DNA of 58,485 nt, the filler included, from Limisphaerales bacterium (GTDB lineage: Bacteria > Verrucomicrobiota > Verrucomicrobiia > Limisphaerales > SIBE01), in NCBI GenBank assembly GCA_044225505.1. It is 3 parts of 2 records of this genome, joined end to end, with 100 filler letters (N's around TTAATTAATTAA, not from the genome) between each part and the next. Parts side by side here need not be neighbours in the genome. Positions count along the whole stretch, not along the records: positions 1 to 11,972 come from JBGAIN010000213.1; 2 more parts are not named here. One strand, given 5' to 3'. The notes beneath the pieces were generated by a model. It had not been told where the DNA came from. It did no database searches and saw only the letters and a program-made list of their open reading frames with translations. The number at the start of each line of letters is the position of its first letter. Positions within the stretch are counted from its first letter, which is position 1. Made by a program: the position numbers and the translations under genes. This document shows positions 1 to 9,900 of the stretch, piece after piece.

Positions 1-89
1 TGGCATTAGGATTTATCCCGCAGGAATGTCCGCAGGCACGACCGCGATCGCGAAGGATTCGAGCGCTGCTGGCCGCATCGGACGGTCCG

Positions 90-105
90 GCGGACTCAAG
101 TCCGC
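90..105. repeat. REP-like short palindrome GCGGACT-CA-AGTCCGC
   Basis: Perfect 7-bp inverted repeat with a 2-nt loop, downstream of the first minus-strand operon. Confidence 0.45.
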
Positions 106-170
106 GCGCCAACAAAGGGTGGTACTGTCGAGATGCACCCCTGTGCGTCCATGGCGAACGTCCGGGAAAG

Positions 171-2081
171 TCAAAGACTGAGCAGGTATTCGACGAGATC
201 AGTAATCTGAGTGTCGTTCAAGTGCGAGGTGCGTCCGTGCTGATCCGTGCGGTTTTTGGACTGCAACACGTCCCGGAGATTGGCTGCGGAACCGTCATGC
301 AAGTAAGGAGCGGTCCGCCACAGTTCGAGAAGCACCGGGGTGTCGAACAGTGTCCCTGGGGAATCCGTGTCCGCAGCTGTGCCGACGTCGTAAGCACTTC
401 GGTTGGTGAATAAGTCCGTGCTGTGGCAACTGGCACAACTTGTTTCCCGGTCCTGGAAGATCTCTCGACCCCGGGTCGCGGCCGGCGAGAGTTTCCCGTT
501 CACCAAAAACGGGCTGGGGAGCGGGTTGAGGCTCTTCAGCCACGCATCCATGGCCTGGGGCGCCTCCTCAGGTTGCGCGGTGTAGAGGATATGCGTGATC
601 CCGGCTCGCACGGCGGTCTCGGCGGTGTCCCGGATGCCCATACTCATCGATGGTGCCGTTAAATGGGCACGCAGCAGCGACTTGGTATTCTTGGGATTAC
701 CGATGCCGTCGTTCAGGAGGTCCCAATTCAGTCCGTCCGCCCGCGCATCGGCAGAATGGCAGCTGGCGCAGCTCTGCCAGCTTTGCAGGCAGAGCCGGCC
801 GTCGTTGAAGAGCGCCTCGCCCTTGCGCTCCGCGGTCCAAGCTCGCGAAGGGTGCAGGCAAATCTCAGCCGAGCCCGAGGCTGGTTGGCGGAGGTCCATC
901 CGTTCCAGAGTCTCTGAGAAATAATTCCCGACGCAGACGTGGTCGCCGTGGATCGCGACGGGGCGTGGTCCATGCCCTTTCAAAGCAACGAGCTGGCGGG
1001 ATTCTCCGAGAAAGCCAAGATCTTGCGACACGTCGGCTTTGATCTGAGAGACGACATAGCCGAGCTGTCCGGCCTTAGGCCCGCTCTGGAGTGGGAGTCC
1101 CTGGATCTTGGTTAGAAGACGAGTGAAATCGATGATGCTGAGCTCATGTGATCCGGCGTGAGCGATGACCAGTCGAGTGCCATCGCCGTTCCAGGTGACT
1201 CCCCACGCGGTGGCGCAGCCTCGTTCTGGCGCATCCAGTAGGACGGTATTCAGAATGTCCCACGTTGACAGATCAATCAGTGTGAAAGCGTTGGCGTTCA
1301 TCCAGCCGCGCTCGACCTGAGTTGTCGGCAGGTAGAACCGTGCCATCGTGTGGGTCACACAGGCATAGCGTCCGTCCGGTGAAATCGCGAGTCCTTGCAA
1401 GAGATTGGCTCCATTGGGCAGAACAATTTGCCGAATGACTTTGCGGTCTATCACATCCACGACTGTGACATGGGCCGAGACCATGCCGACGTCGGCGCGG
1501 CCAACGGGAAGGTGATTCGCCACGAGCAGGTGTTTGCCATCGAGCGTCAAAACGGCCGCTACCGGCTCGCGTTCGACAGGAATCCGGGCGGTTTCCTTCC
1601 CCTGTTTCAGGTCGATCACGGAGACGTCGCTGTGATGCCTGTTACAAACGAAGGCGGTGGCACCGTCTGCGCTCAGGACAGGCGACAGGGAACTATGACC
1701 AGTCGCGACCGTTTGCACCACACGCCTCGCTTGGACGTCGATCACGTTGAGCTGGCTATGACTGGAGGCCGTGGTTGCAAGGAGCCAACGACCGTCGCCA
1801 GACAGCGCTAGGCCCGATGCTTCGTCAGGCAGTTGGAGCCGTTGCACGATAGCTCCGCTCGCGAGGTCGACAAAGAGGACTTCCTTGGAGGTCGCGCTGG
1901 CGACGTAGGCCATGGCGCCATCGGGCGACAAGGCGAGCGCCGTGGGCGAGATCCACGGATCTCCATCATCCGCTCCGGCGGCTCCGGAGATGGCCACGGT
2001 GGCTTGCACCAACCACATTGCCACAGCCCAAATGCTGCCGCGTGACAGAGAACGAATCCTGGGGAGAGTCGGATAACGCAT
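171..2081 (-). CDS. Secreted YVTN-type beta-propeller protein with C-terminal di-heme cytochrome c (CcP/MauG-like) region
   Basis: Hydrophobic N-terminal signal; repeated SPDG/SGDG/LTLDG propeller turns; two CxxCH motifs (CASCH twice); TAPYLHDGS peroxidase-like motif. ATG 2081 preferred over TTG 2144. Confidence 0.8.
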   Translation of the reverse strand: MRYPTLPRIRSLSRGSIWAVAMWLVQATVAISGAAGADDGDPWISPTALALSPDGAMAYVASATSKEVLFVDLASGAIVQRLQLPDEASGLALSGDGRWLLATTASSHSQLNVIDVQARRVVQTVATGHSSLSPVLSADGATAFVCNRHHSDVSVIDLKQGKETARIPVEREPVAAVLTLDGKHLLVANHLPVGRADVGMVSAHVTVVDVIDRKVIRQIVLPNGANLLQGLAISPDGRYACVTHTMARFYLPTTQVERGWMNANAFTLIDLSTWDILNTVLLDAPERGCATAWGVTWNGDGTRLVIAHAGSHELSIIDFTRLLTKIQGLPLQSGPKAGQLGYVVSQIKADVSQDLGFLGESRQLVALKGHGPRPVAIHGDHVCVGNYFSETLERMDLRQPASGSAEICLHPSRAWTAERKGEALFNDGRLCLQSWQSCASCHSADARADGLNWDLLNDGIGNPKNTKSLLRAHLTAPSMSMGIRDTAETAVRAGITHILYTAQPEEAPQAMDAWLKSLNPLPSPFLVNGKLSPAATRGREIFQDRETSCASCHSTDLFTNRSAYDVGTAADTDSPGTLFDTPVLLELWRTAPYLHDGSAANLRDVLQSKNRTDQHGRTSHLNDTQITDLVEYLLSL

Positions 2082-2185
2082 GATGAAAAGGGTGGGCGTG
2101 ATTAGGCAACACTCGCGACCGGACGCTGCCGGGGAGAAGCGCAACTGGCTTCCACCCTGCGCCCGGGAGGCTTGGCTTAAATGGG

Positions 2186-3064
2186 CTACTTGGCTTGTTT
2201 TAATGTTTGATAAAGCTGGAACGCATCTGCGGGCTTGAAACCCTTGTGCACCACCGCGCGTATGGCCTGGATCATGGCCACGGGGTGTTCGGCCTGGAAG
2301 ACGTTCCGGCCCATGTCGACACCAGAGGCGCCTTCCTGGATGGCGCGGTAGGCAAATTCCAACGCTTGGTCTTCAGGAAGCTTCTTTCCGCCCGCAATCA
2401 CAATGGGAACGGGGCACGTCGCCGTGACTTTCTCAAAATCTTCCTCACAGAAGTAAGTTTTGACGAAAGTGGCGCCATTCTCGGCACAGACGCGACAAGC
2501 CAGCGCCAGGTACCGGGCATCGCGGGTCAATTCTTTGCCAACGGCGGTAACGCCGAGAGTAGGAATTCCGTAGCGGTTACCCAGATCCGCCGTCCGCACC
2601 ATATTGCTGATCGTCTTTGCCTCGAATTTGCTTCCGACGGCCACCATGACGGCCAGGGCCGACGCGTTGACTCGGATGGCGTCTTCGATGTCGAGGGTGC
2701 ACTCGTCGTTCAGATCCGTTAAGACCGTGGTTCCCGCAGAATACCGGAGAGAGACAGGCTTATTCGAAGTCGGCGGGACAATCGACCTTAAGGCTCCGCG
2801 CGTGCACATGATGCAGTCCGCATGCTCGATCAACGGCGTAATGGTCAGGTCCATCCGCTCCAGGCCAGAGGTGGGGCCCATGATGTAGCCATGGTCAAAT
2901 GCCAGCATGACGGTATTGCCGGAACTCGGATTGAAAATTCGCGAGAGTCGGTCTTTCATTCCCCAATCCAGATGCTCCAGCCCCTTGAGAAAGAAGCCAG
3001 TTTTCTTGACCGGGATGCCAAATCCATAGTCGGCGGCATCCTTGTTGGTATCGTTATCTGCCAT
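2186..3064 (-). CDS. lsrF: LsrF-family thiolase/class I aldolase (3-hydroxy-5-phosphonooxypentane-2,4-dione thiolase-like)
   Basis: LDWGMKDRLSRIFNP, MLAFDHGY, VKTY, PIVIAGGKKLPE and GVDMGRNVFQ are LsrF hallmarks. Confidence 0.9.
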   Translation of the reverse strand: MADNDTNKDAADYGFGIPVKKTGFFLKGLEHLDWGMKDRLSRIFNPSSGNTVMLAFDHGYIMGPTSGLERMDLTITPLIEHADCIMCTRGALRSIVPPTSNKPVSLRYSAGTTVLTDLNDECTLDIEDAIRVNASALAVMVAVGSKFEAKTISNMVRTADLGNRYGIPTLGVTAVGKELTRDARYLALACRVCAENGATFVKTYFCEEDFEKVTATCPVPIVIAGGKKLPEDQALEFAYRAIQEGASGVDMGRNVFQAEHPVAMIQAIRAVVHKGFKPADAFQLYQTLKQAK

Positions 3065-3162
3065 AGTTTTTGTTAGGTTAATCGTGATCGTAGAGCATGG
3101 GTTTCGTGACTCGCAGGTCGGGTCTCGTCTGGAGCGGTCCGATAGAATGGCGAGGGCCAAGT

Positions 3163-3792
3163 CTAGAGCGAATCGCTGAATCCTTTCAGAATGATTGACA
3201 CCGAAACGGCCCCGGGGTCCGGATGTCCAATGACCCGATCTCCCAGATTGCGAGCGCGACCAAAGCGCGCCTTCATCGTTCGGGTGCCATCTGCGCCTTG
3301 GGCGGCAGCTTGGGCGGCTCGTGCGAGGAGAGGTTGGAGACCGCTGGAAAGGTCTTTGGCCGACAAGACATCCAAGGCTGGCAGAAAGGCGTCCATCATT
3401 GTCTTATCGCCGACGTTGGCGCGACTTTGCTTATGCAACGATTGGATGCCAGCGATCAGAGCATCGACCCACTGTTCGGCCGTGAATTCGGTTCTGCCCT
3501 CGCCGACCTCACTCAAGCCCATGAAGAACGCCCCGAGAAGTGGTCCGGTTGAACCCCCGTCGCAGGACATGATGGCCCAGGCCAAATTAGAAAAGAACTC
3601 TTTCAAATCCTGACCGGAAGGCTCTGCGGCCGCCTTCGCGACGGCTTCCATCGTCCGCAACATGGTAGTGCCATGATCGCCGTCGCCCACCGCCGCATCG
3701 AGGCGCGAGAGATTTTCATGATTTTGTCGAATCTGCTCCACGGCTCCATGGAGCATCCGACTAACTTCTGCGAATCCGATCGTTCCGGTCAT
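3163..3792 (-). CDS. dhaL: Dihydroxyacetone/ketose kinase DAK2 (DhaL) subunit
   Basis: LDAAVGDGDHG, GGSTGPL, GDKTMMDA, ARFGRA and GHPDPGA motifs. Confidence 0.9.
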   Translation of the reverse strand: MTGTIGFAEVSRMLHGAVEQIRQNHENLSRLDAAVGDGDHGTTMLRTMEAVAKAAAEPSGQDLKEFFSNLAWAIMSCDGGSTGPLLGAFFMGLSEVGEGRTEFTAEQWVDALIAGIQSLHKQSRANVGDKTMMDAFLPALDVLSAKDLSSGLQPLLARAAQAAAQGADGTRTMKARFGRARNLGDRVIGHPDPGAVSVSIILKGFSDSL

Positions 3793-3825
3793 ACTGTGCT
3801 GCGTTGATTCCGCGTCTTGTCTGCA

Positions 3826-3855
3826 CGAGGGCCGGGGCTTTTCCCCAGGCCCTCG
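3826..3855. terminator. GC-rich stem-loop between dhaK and dhaL (terminator or mRNA-stabilising hairpin)
   Basis: CGAGGGCCGGGG ... CCCC(A)GGCCCTCG inverted repeat just after the dhaK stop; no clear U-tract on the minus strand. Confidence 0.4.
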
Positions 3856-3863
3856 ACTGAGGT

Positions 3864-4842
3864 TTACTTAGTCAGGGCGGGCGTGGTGCAAGGGGCGTTC
3901 CAATAACCGAGCAGTTCGTCATCCATCTTGGCGACGAACATTTGGAATCCAGCCATTTCCTGCACGGTTAGCCATTCNNNNNNNGCCTTGGGCGTCGAGG
4001 ACTTTCTTGCATCCGCGAAGCACGATGTACATCTCCATCAAGGTTGTGGCGCCGGCGCCATTGATAACCACCATGACCTTGTCGCCGGACTTGGCGTTCA
4101 CGGCCGCCAATAGACGCGTGAGCATCAATTCGGCGGTCTGATCCGCGGTGAGAAGCTTGCATGGCCCAGTGCCTGCCTCCCCATGTTGGCCCATCCCGAT
4201 TTCCATTTCGTCGTCGGCGAGTTCGAAGATGGCTTGACCGCTGGCCGGATGAGTCGCCGTCTTCATCGCGACGGCCAGAGTTGCCATCCCATCGTTGAAG
4301 CGCTGAGCGATCGCGTAGATTTCGTCCAGGCTCTTGCCCGCCTCCGCGGCGGCGCCTGCGATCTTATAGAGCGGAATGCAACCGACCAACCCACGGCGAT
4401 GCTCGGCCGGCGCGTTGGCACCCGGCGCGATATCTTCGTGAGTGAGGAGCATCTTGTGCCGGATGCCCTCTTTGGCGGCCATTCCCTGAGCCATGTTGGC
4501 GCTGAGCACATCGCCCGCGTGATTCAACACAATGAAGAGCGTGCCCGCGGGACGTTTGGAAAGGCGGAGGGCTTCCAGAACCTTCGGCGGACCTGGTGCG
4601 GCAAAGATGTCCCCGACGACGCTGTAATCGAGCATTCCCTGTCCCACGAATCCACTTAGGGCCGGTTCGTGTCCGGCGCCGCCCAAGGTGACCAGCGCCA
4701 CTTTGTCGGACGCCTTCGGAGTGGCGCGGCAGACGATCTTTTCCGACTGGATGCGGATGGTCGCTGGGTTGGCGATGGCAAAACCCTCGAGTAACTCACG
4801 GGCCAAGTTCTTGGGGTCGTTGATAAATTTCTTCATGCTCAT
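3864..4842 (-). CDS. dhaK: Dihydroxyacetone/ketose kinase DAK1 (DhaK) subunit, spanning a 7-N gap
   Basis: MKKFINDP, GGAGHEP, RRGLVG and EIGMGQHGEAG motifs. After the N gap the expected C-terminus EWLTVQEMAGFQMFVAKMDDELLGYWNAPCTTPALTK* continues in another frame to TAA at 3864. Confidence 0.88.
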
Positions 4843-4859
4843 AAGAACCTTCTCGTGCC

Positions 4860-5189
4860 TTATCGGCCGGTCTTGGCAAACTCCAGGAACTCAACGGGCG
4901 CGCCGCCGTCTTCGATAAAGGCGACTCGCAGTCCATCCATGGGAGCGAATGGCGGCACGATGACTTTCTGTCCGGCCAAGGCCGCTTCCAGGTTGTCGAC
5001 GGTAAAGGCGACATGGGCCGTCTTTTGCAGCAGCGGAGGCAGAGTGGTATTCGGCTCGAAGCGCAACCACTCAATGCGATGCGGGTGCTTGGTTGCGTCG
5101 GTGATATAAACTCGAACCGACGCCAGGAAGATTTCGTTGGGCTGCTTGGAGCCTGTCGGAATTCCGATATGGTGGAATTCTTTTTTCAT
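4860..5189 (-). CDS. VOC/glyoxalase-fold small protein
   Basis: FHHIGIP ... HVAFTVDNLEAAL ... VAFIEDGGAPVEFLEF pattern; GGAGG-type purine-poor leader not assessed, but the ORF sits tightly in the operon. Confidence 0.7.
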   Translation of the reverse strand: MKKEFHHIGIPTGSKQPNEIFLASVRVYITDATKHPHRIEWLRFEPNTTLPPLLQKTAHVAFTVDNLEAALAGQKVIVPPFAPMDGLRVAFIEDGGAPVEFLEFAKTGR

Positions 5190-5224
5190 AGGTATCCCGG
5201 AGGTAAATGGCGGTGGAGAGTCGC

Positions 5225-5923
5225 TCAGAACTTGACCCCGGGATTGGTGAACCGGAGGCCATCCCCATCGTGGAATGTCGCATACTCGCTGACGATGGCA
5301 CCTTGCGGGCCGCCCATCATGAAGTGCTTCGCTGTCACCCGGTTCAACGTGCGGATTTCACCGGGCTGCATTTCGTAGCATTTCCGGACGGTGATAAACT
5401 GTTCCTGGCTTTTCGGGAGAGTCACGCCGGCGGGGATGGGGCCGCCTTCTTCGCCGAAGGTGTAAATGCTGCCGTGACGAACGTGCCAGCTCTCCATCTT
5501 GGGTTTGCCTTTGTCGGTGGCCTCATGGCCATGCTCGACGATCATTTGCCCTGGCAGCAGAAAGATTTCGTGAGCGAAGTAGCCTTGCTCTTGAAAGTTG
5601 ACCCAGAAAATACCGGCCATGCCCACCCGCGTGAAATCGCCCAGGCCGAAGTCTGTCGCCCACATGTTGGTGCGCAGGAATTCCGGAATGGGATAGCCAT
5701 GCGCGGTCATCATGTCGAAGTAGACCTGCTTGGCCTTTTCCACCTGGAACTTGCCGTTGACGTAAAAGTCTTCGTTTTTGTATTTGGGTAGGTTCACTTT
5801 TCCTGAGGTTAAGGTTGAGCCGCTGGGAGTGTTCTCTTTGCCTAGCGTCGCGCTGGCGAGGATCCCTGCCACCGCCAGGGCAGCGGCAACGAGGGCCAGG
5901 GGTCGGAGGGGTATTGCTTGCAT
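5225..5923 (-). CDS. D-lyxose/D-mannose isomerase-like cupin with N-terminal signal peptide
   Basis: TDFGLGDF, LLPGQMIVEHGH, KMESWHVRHG, KHFMMGG and VSEYAT..DG..FTNP cupin motifs; Ala/Leu-rich N-terminal leader. Confidence 0.7.
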   Translation of the reverse strand: MQAIPLRPLALVAAALAVAGILASATLGKENTPSGSTLTSGKVNLPKYKNEDFYVNGKFQVEKAKQVYFDMMTAHGYPIPEFLRTNMWATDFGLGDFTRVGMAGIFWVNFQEQGYFAHEIFLLPGQMIVEHGHEATDKGKPKMESWHVRHGSIYTFGEEGGPIPAGVTLPKSQEQFITVRKCYEMQPGEIRTLNRVTAKHFMMGGPQGAIVSEYATFHDGDGLRFTNPGVKF

Positions 5924-5965
5924 AGGTGTATGGTTCGTTTTCTTTCTTGTTCAGATCAGTTGGAG

Positions 5966-6940
5966 TTAGCGCAGTAACGGTCCTGGCAACGCGCGCGCGT
6001 CGGGGGTTAGCCGTTGAACGGGCATCATGGTCGATTCGCCAGTTGGATTGACATAGCGCCAGACGCTTTTTCGGGAACGCGTCACTTCCAGCAGCGCCGC
6101 CCCTTGGTCGTCGACGTAAGCCTGGTAACAACCCACCACCAGGTTCCCGTTTCCCAGGAGATGCATCCCGGTCATGTTGTGGACAGCTCCGCCTTCTATG
6201 TCCGCCGCTCGGCATTCCCAAATCACTTTCCCGTCCCGGTCATACTCTCGGATTTCGTCCAGGCTCGAAACCAGGGTGGTGTTCGCCGGCGTGCGAATGG
6301 CGGCGAAGGCCAGCTTGCCCTCAATGCGAAGTACCGAAACCACCGCGCCGGTGGCGGTGTACTCTTTCACCCGTCTCGCTCCGGAATGGCACGCCAGGTA
6401 ATGGCCGTTCGCCAGCTTTCGCACCATGCGCAGATTCTGGTGATCCCCCGCCGTGAACGGAGTGGTTTGAATGGCAGCGACGATCGCGCCCGCCGGATTG
6501 ATCTCGAGGATGCGCCCGGTGGAGTTTTCTCCCACCATCGTGTTCCCATCCGGAAGCCGTTGGCACGCATAGGCACCTCCACCCTTTCGAACGCTCGGGC
6601 GATACTGCCAAACGATGGACTTTCCCGGTGTGACTTCCGTGACCGTATCGCCGTCGGCAAACAGCACATTGCCAGAGGCCAGCAACCACGCGTCGTGGGT
6701 GAGGCCTGTGGGATACTCCCAAAGGACCGTGCCCTGCGCCGAAAGCATCAGGACTCGGTTCTTGCCCGCGGTAAAAATAGCCCCACCTGGTAGCCCGACA
6801 AACAGGTTCGTCGCGGCGGCAACCGATCCCGCCCAGCTCGGCGTCCAGGAAAGAAGCACAGCCAGGAGAAGCGGCCAACCGCTTCGTCCGGACCCTCGCC
6901 GCTTTTTCCCTGGCTCGTAGATTGGAGTGATGACGTTCAA
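5966..6940 (-). CDS. Secreted beta-propeller protein (arylsulfotransferase/PQQ-like repeats)
   Basis: Signal peptide; repeats of the type HDAWLLASGNVL, CQRLPDGNTMV, RKLANGHYL, HLLGNGNLVV; G.xVW turns. Confidence 0.7.
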   Translation of the reverse strand: MNVITPIYEPGKKRRGSGRSGWPLLLAVLLSWTPSWAGSVAAATNLFVGLPGGAIFTAGKNRVLMLSAQGTVLWEYPTGLTHDAWLLASGNVLFADGDTVTEVTPGKSIVWQYRPSVRKGGGAYACQRLPDGNTMVGENSTGRILEINPAGAIVAAIQTTPFTAGDHQNLRMVRKLANGHYLACHSGARRVKEYTATGAVVSVLRIEGKLAFAAIRTPANTTLVSSLDEIREYDRDGKVIWECRAADIEGGAVHNMTGMHLLGNGNLVVGCYQAYVDDQGAALLEVTRSRKSVWRYVNPTGESTMMPVQRLTPDARALPGPLLR

Positions 6941-9900
6941 GGCAGGGCGGCGACTTTGGGTGAGGAATCCTCACCGCGGATCATGACGCGGAATCCGACG
7001 TTATAGACGCGCTGCCAGCTCGGGTAATCCACCCGAGAGCTCGCTCGGGATTCCTTCGGCCGCTCCGCCCACGATCCGCCGCGGGCGACCTTCCGGCCCG
7101 TCAGGGTGGGATGGACGGATTGGTACGGATAAGGCGCGTAGTCATCCAGCGTCCATTCGGCGACGTTTCCGATGGTGTCGCGCAGGCCCCAAGCATTGGG
7201 TTCGTACTTTCCACATTCCGCCAGGTGGAGCACTCCGTCGTTGAAACGACCTTCTTTCGGCACGAAATCCCAGAACTTATCCGGCTTGGAGATGGGCTGG
7301 GGATCCACGCCCGAGACGGCCAGTTGCGCGATGGTGGCATCGGAGAGATTGGCATAGCGCGAGAAGTCGGTGTTCAAATCTCCATAGAACATGGGAGTGC
7401 TCGTTCCGGCGCGGCAGGCCCATTCCCACTGCGCTTCGGTCGGCAAGGTCATGGATCGACCGGACCGTGCGGAGAGCCATTCGCAAAAGGCCATCGCTTG
7501 CTGCCAGGAAACGCGGATGACCGGCTTTTTCGGCGAGTCCATCAGGTATCCCGGGCGGACCTGGTCCTTGTAATGCATATCGTAATATCCGTTGCGATGG
7601 TTGGGATCGAATTGCTGATACTGCTCCAGCGACACTTCGGTTTCTGCCATCCAAAAGGGATGATCGATTTTGACTTGGGCCATCGGGAACTCGTCGTTTT
7701 CACCGTTCACATCGCCCATGGCAAACTGTCCGGCGGGTATCTTTCGGAAAACCATCTGAATGCCATTGCCCAGGTCGACCGGGACGACGGCGTCCTGGCC
7801 CGCGGGCTGGATACGGCCGGCTCCGACTGCTTCCAACGGCCATCCGGCGATCTGGAGGCGCGGGGGCCGCGGAGCTTCGGCTTCGGGTTTCACGAAGGCC
7901 GGTCGGGCGGCCGGAGTTGGCGGGATGGCCTCGATATCCTCGTCGACGCCCGCATACTTGAGCTTGGTTTCATAGCGTCGCGTCCAGGGCGACGCGGTGA
8001 TGTCCTTTGCGGAGCATTTGGACCAGGCGGCTGGTATCGGCATGGAATTCCAACGGCGTTAACGTGTGGTAATCTCCTTCCGGCCCGTTCCGGCGCACGT
8101 AGGGATGCAGTTCCAGATACGACTTGGGCAGGTCGGAAATGCCGCCGCTCGTGGGAACGATCGTGGCGTCGGCCAGATTGAGGCGGCCTTCTTTCCCGTC
8201 ATGACAACCGGAACAGTACTTGTCGAGAACGGGTTGGACTTCGCGGACGAAGCTGAACCCGCGTTTGGGCCCATACCACGGAGTCGGCTCCGCCGGTTTT
8301 TGGCGCGAGGCCAGCGCCACGCTGAGCGATGCGGTCGTGTTCAGGCGTTCGTGACATCCGACGCACGCGACGTATTCGCCGGGCATTCCCACAAACCAAC
8401 TGCGCATTTGTTGGAGTGCTTTGCCTTCCTCATCGAGCGGCTGGATGGCCACCGGCGTGTTCGCTGGAATCCGGAACATGGCCGACCCGTCGCTGAGCAC
8501 GGGCACGGTGCCAATCAGCCGGCGCAAATCCCAGCCGCCTTCCATTCCTACGAAATAGTGGCCGCCTTGGTTGCGGTAGGAGTATTCATACTGAAAAACT
8601 CTCAGGTTCTTGACCGTTCCCCGGGGCACATCGGTCAATCCGGATCCGACGTAGACGTCCTGCATGAAGACCGTGGCCGTCTTGTCGGCCAGCGTCACGC
8701 GGTCCTGCAGAGCCGGAGGCGGTGGCGTCTTTCGCAGCGGGATGGGCTCGAGCAGGGCGTAGCCAGGCTCTTCGTCCAACAGCAGGAGATTGTCGAACAC
8801 GTCAACGAGATAGATTCCCCACTTCGCCTCGGGCGTTGGCTTGCACGCGGTCAGGAAATATTTGTCGCTGAGCGGAAAAGGATGCAGAAACTTGGGCCAG
8901 GATTCGTCCACCAGGGTGTCCTTGATGATTCCGTGAAACGGCTTGCCATACCCCGGGATCCGCTGCAGTGCGCCGGAATCTTCCTGCCGGCCTTTGGACG
9001 CGTCGAACACGATGAGCTCACCCATGCGCGGGACACCGTGGTGCCCAGTGACAATGCCCACAAACCGCGTGCTGCTCCCGGGAATAGGACGGGCAAAAAA
9101 GAGGCTGTTCGGCCAGTAAGAATTGCTTCCGTAAAACTCCATTTGCCCGGTGCCGTCCGGGTTCATCGACATCAGCACGCGGCTGAAGTAATGCGCGGAG
9201 TCGGTGTATTCCCAGCGAAGGTAAAGCACGCGCCCGTTCGGAAGCATCGTTGGGCACCAGTCGTTATCCTGGTCAAAACAAAGGCGGCGCACCTTCGAGC
9301 CGTCCGCATTCATGATATGCAAATTGGCGACGTAATCGCTCCCGCCAACACAGGGAACCCCTTGGAACGTGCTCGTCGAATCGAAGATGATGCGCTCGTC
9401 CGGGAGATACATCGGATCGTAGCTGTCGATATCGGACTCGTCGGCCGATGTCACCTGGCGGAGACCCGTTCCGTCGGTTTTGACTTCAAACACTTGCCAT
9501 CGGCCATGGCTGCCAATGGAGGAAAAGAGCATCCGGTCGGCGTTAAAATGCAGATCGACATCGCCCACAAACTGGCGTGAGGCCGGCCGATAGACCGTGC
9601 TCAAGCCTCCCGAACCCTCGCGCAGCGAGAGACTGGCAATTTCATTGTCCGTCCGGGCATCCATGCTGGAATTGCCCTGCCAGTTCTGGGGCAGGCAGAG
9701 GTTTTGTTCGCTGCGTTTGACCAGGAGCACCCGGTCGAAATCGAGCACGGGATTGGCCAGGAGAGCGGTCCGGCGGAGCGCGCGGAATTTGTCCAACGCC
9801 CCGATTCCTGTGAGATCTCCCGCGTCCAACGCGGCCTTGAGCGACGGCAGGGACGCTTCGAAAGCGGTTAGTTCAGCCAGATACTGGGCTCCATTGGCAT

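Noticed and set aside
3919..3990. Apparent frameshift/early stop in dhaK
   Set aside because: It coincides with a 7-N gap of uncertain length; the normal C-terminus is present beyond it.
8066..9580. Long antisense ORFs (e.g. 8066-9580, 7111-8181, 25574-26722, 30800-31648)
   Set aside because: Shadow frames opposite well-supported genes in GC-rich DNA, with no recognisable motifs.
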